DNA of 57,336 nt, counting the filler, from an uncultured Clostridia bacterium (GTDB lineage: Bacteria; Aerophobota; Aerophobia; Aerophobales; B3-G15), in NCBI GenBank assembly GCA_964482715.1. It is 8 parts of 8 records of this genome, joined end to end, with 100 filler letters (N's around TTAATTAATTAA, not from the genome) between each part and the next. Parts side by side here need not be neighbours in the genome. Positions count along the whole stretch, not along the records: positions 53,346 to 57,336 come from CAYZYX010000054.1; 7 more parts are not named here. One strand, written 5' to 3'. Positions 56,927-57,336 of this stretch are shown in pieces. Made by a program: the position numbers and the translations under genes. The notes beneath the pieces are model-generated. The model did not search any database. It was not told the origin of the DNA and saw nothing but the letters and a program-made list of their open reading frames with translations. The first letter of the stretch is position 1; each line of letters starts with the position of its first letter.

Positions 56927-57336
56927 TTAGTCTATAAGGGCAATTTTACCCTTTTTAACAACAACCTCTTTAGAGGCCTTTGCCTTTATAAGCATAAGAT
57001 ATATTCCACGGGCTACTTTTTCTCCGCGATTGTTTGTCAAATCCCACACCTCTTCATTCTGACCTTCAGGACAGAGCTTTTCCTGGACAAGGGTTCTGAC
57101 AAGTTCTCCCGAGATGGTATAAATCTTAATGGTAACTTGAGCTTCTTTTCCAAGATAAAAAAGAATGGTTGTTCTATCACTATGGACGGGATTGGGGTAG
57201 TTTCCAACATCTTTCAGGGTAAGCTTTTTATAAGAGGACTCTTTCTTTGTAGCTACAATCTTAAACCTTGCCTTTTCCTCCTGCATGGCATATGAGTAAG
57301 AGGAAACCTCTCTCATATTGGCAAGGATATTTTCAT
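56927..57336 (-). CDS. C-terminus of a protein ending in a FlgD-Ig / T9SS type A CTD-like domain (starts beyond window)
   Basis: NYPNP....T.I.F.L.....V.IKIYT.SG.LV..L......G.....WD..N..G..V..GIY, terminal K.ALID. Confidence 0.82.
   Translation of the reverse strand, partial: ENILANMREVSSYSYAMQEEKARFKIVATKKESSYKKLTLKDVGNYPNPVHSDRTTILFYLGKEAQVTIKIYTISGELVRTLVQEKLCPEGQNEEVWDLTNNRGEKVARGIYLMLIKAKASKEVVVKKGKIALID

Noticed and set aside
1-57336. CRISPR array, cas genes, rRNA, intact transposase or integrase
   Set aside because: No regularly spaced repeats and no recognisable motifs were seen.

Overview
The window is not one continuous locus. It holds eight AT-rich bacterial contigs joined by artificial 100-nt linkers (N44-TTAATTAATTAA-N44), plus one 100-N scaffold gap at 44737-44836, so gene neighbourhood is only meaningful within a contig. 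The organism looks like an uncultured, diderm, probably anaerobic sugar/polyol user (MAG-like); taxonomy cannot be fixed from this window. Contents by contig: (1) tRNA-Gly, argB and a sugar ABC locus with a Thr-type sulfatase-like enzyme, a URO-D-like protein and a DUF3604-like protein. (2) A tetritol (erythritol/threitol-type) catabolic operon. (3) A manC-aminopeptidase-efp-accBC-asp23-amaP-Omp85 operon; its EF-P has an unusual KRARGG loop. (4) tRNA-His, a 5'-half tRNA-Lys next to integrase arm-like repeats, and a decaying oxidative-stress operon. (5) amrS, purC, bioY and others. (6) A metal ABC transporter and a reverse gyrase gene collapsed to ~330 bp. (7-8) Two halves of one surface-protein locus: a FlgD-Ig/CTD-like protein, a large beta-barrel, a DUF11-repeat protein, and an NlpC/P60-like enzyme with an inserted propeller. 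A small MITE-like family with CTGA...TCAG ends occurs four times. All family assignments come from motif recognition by eye; no database search was run.
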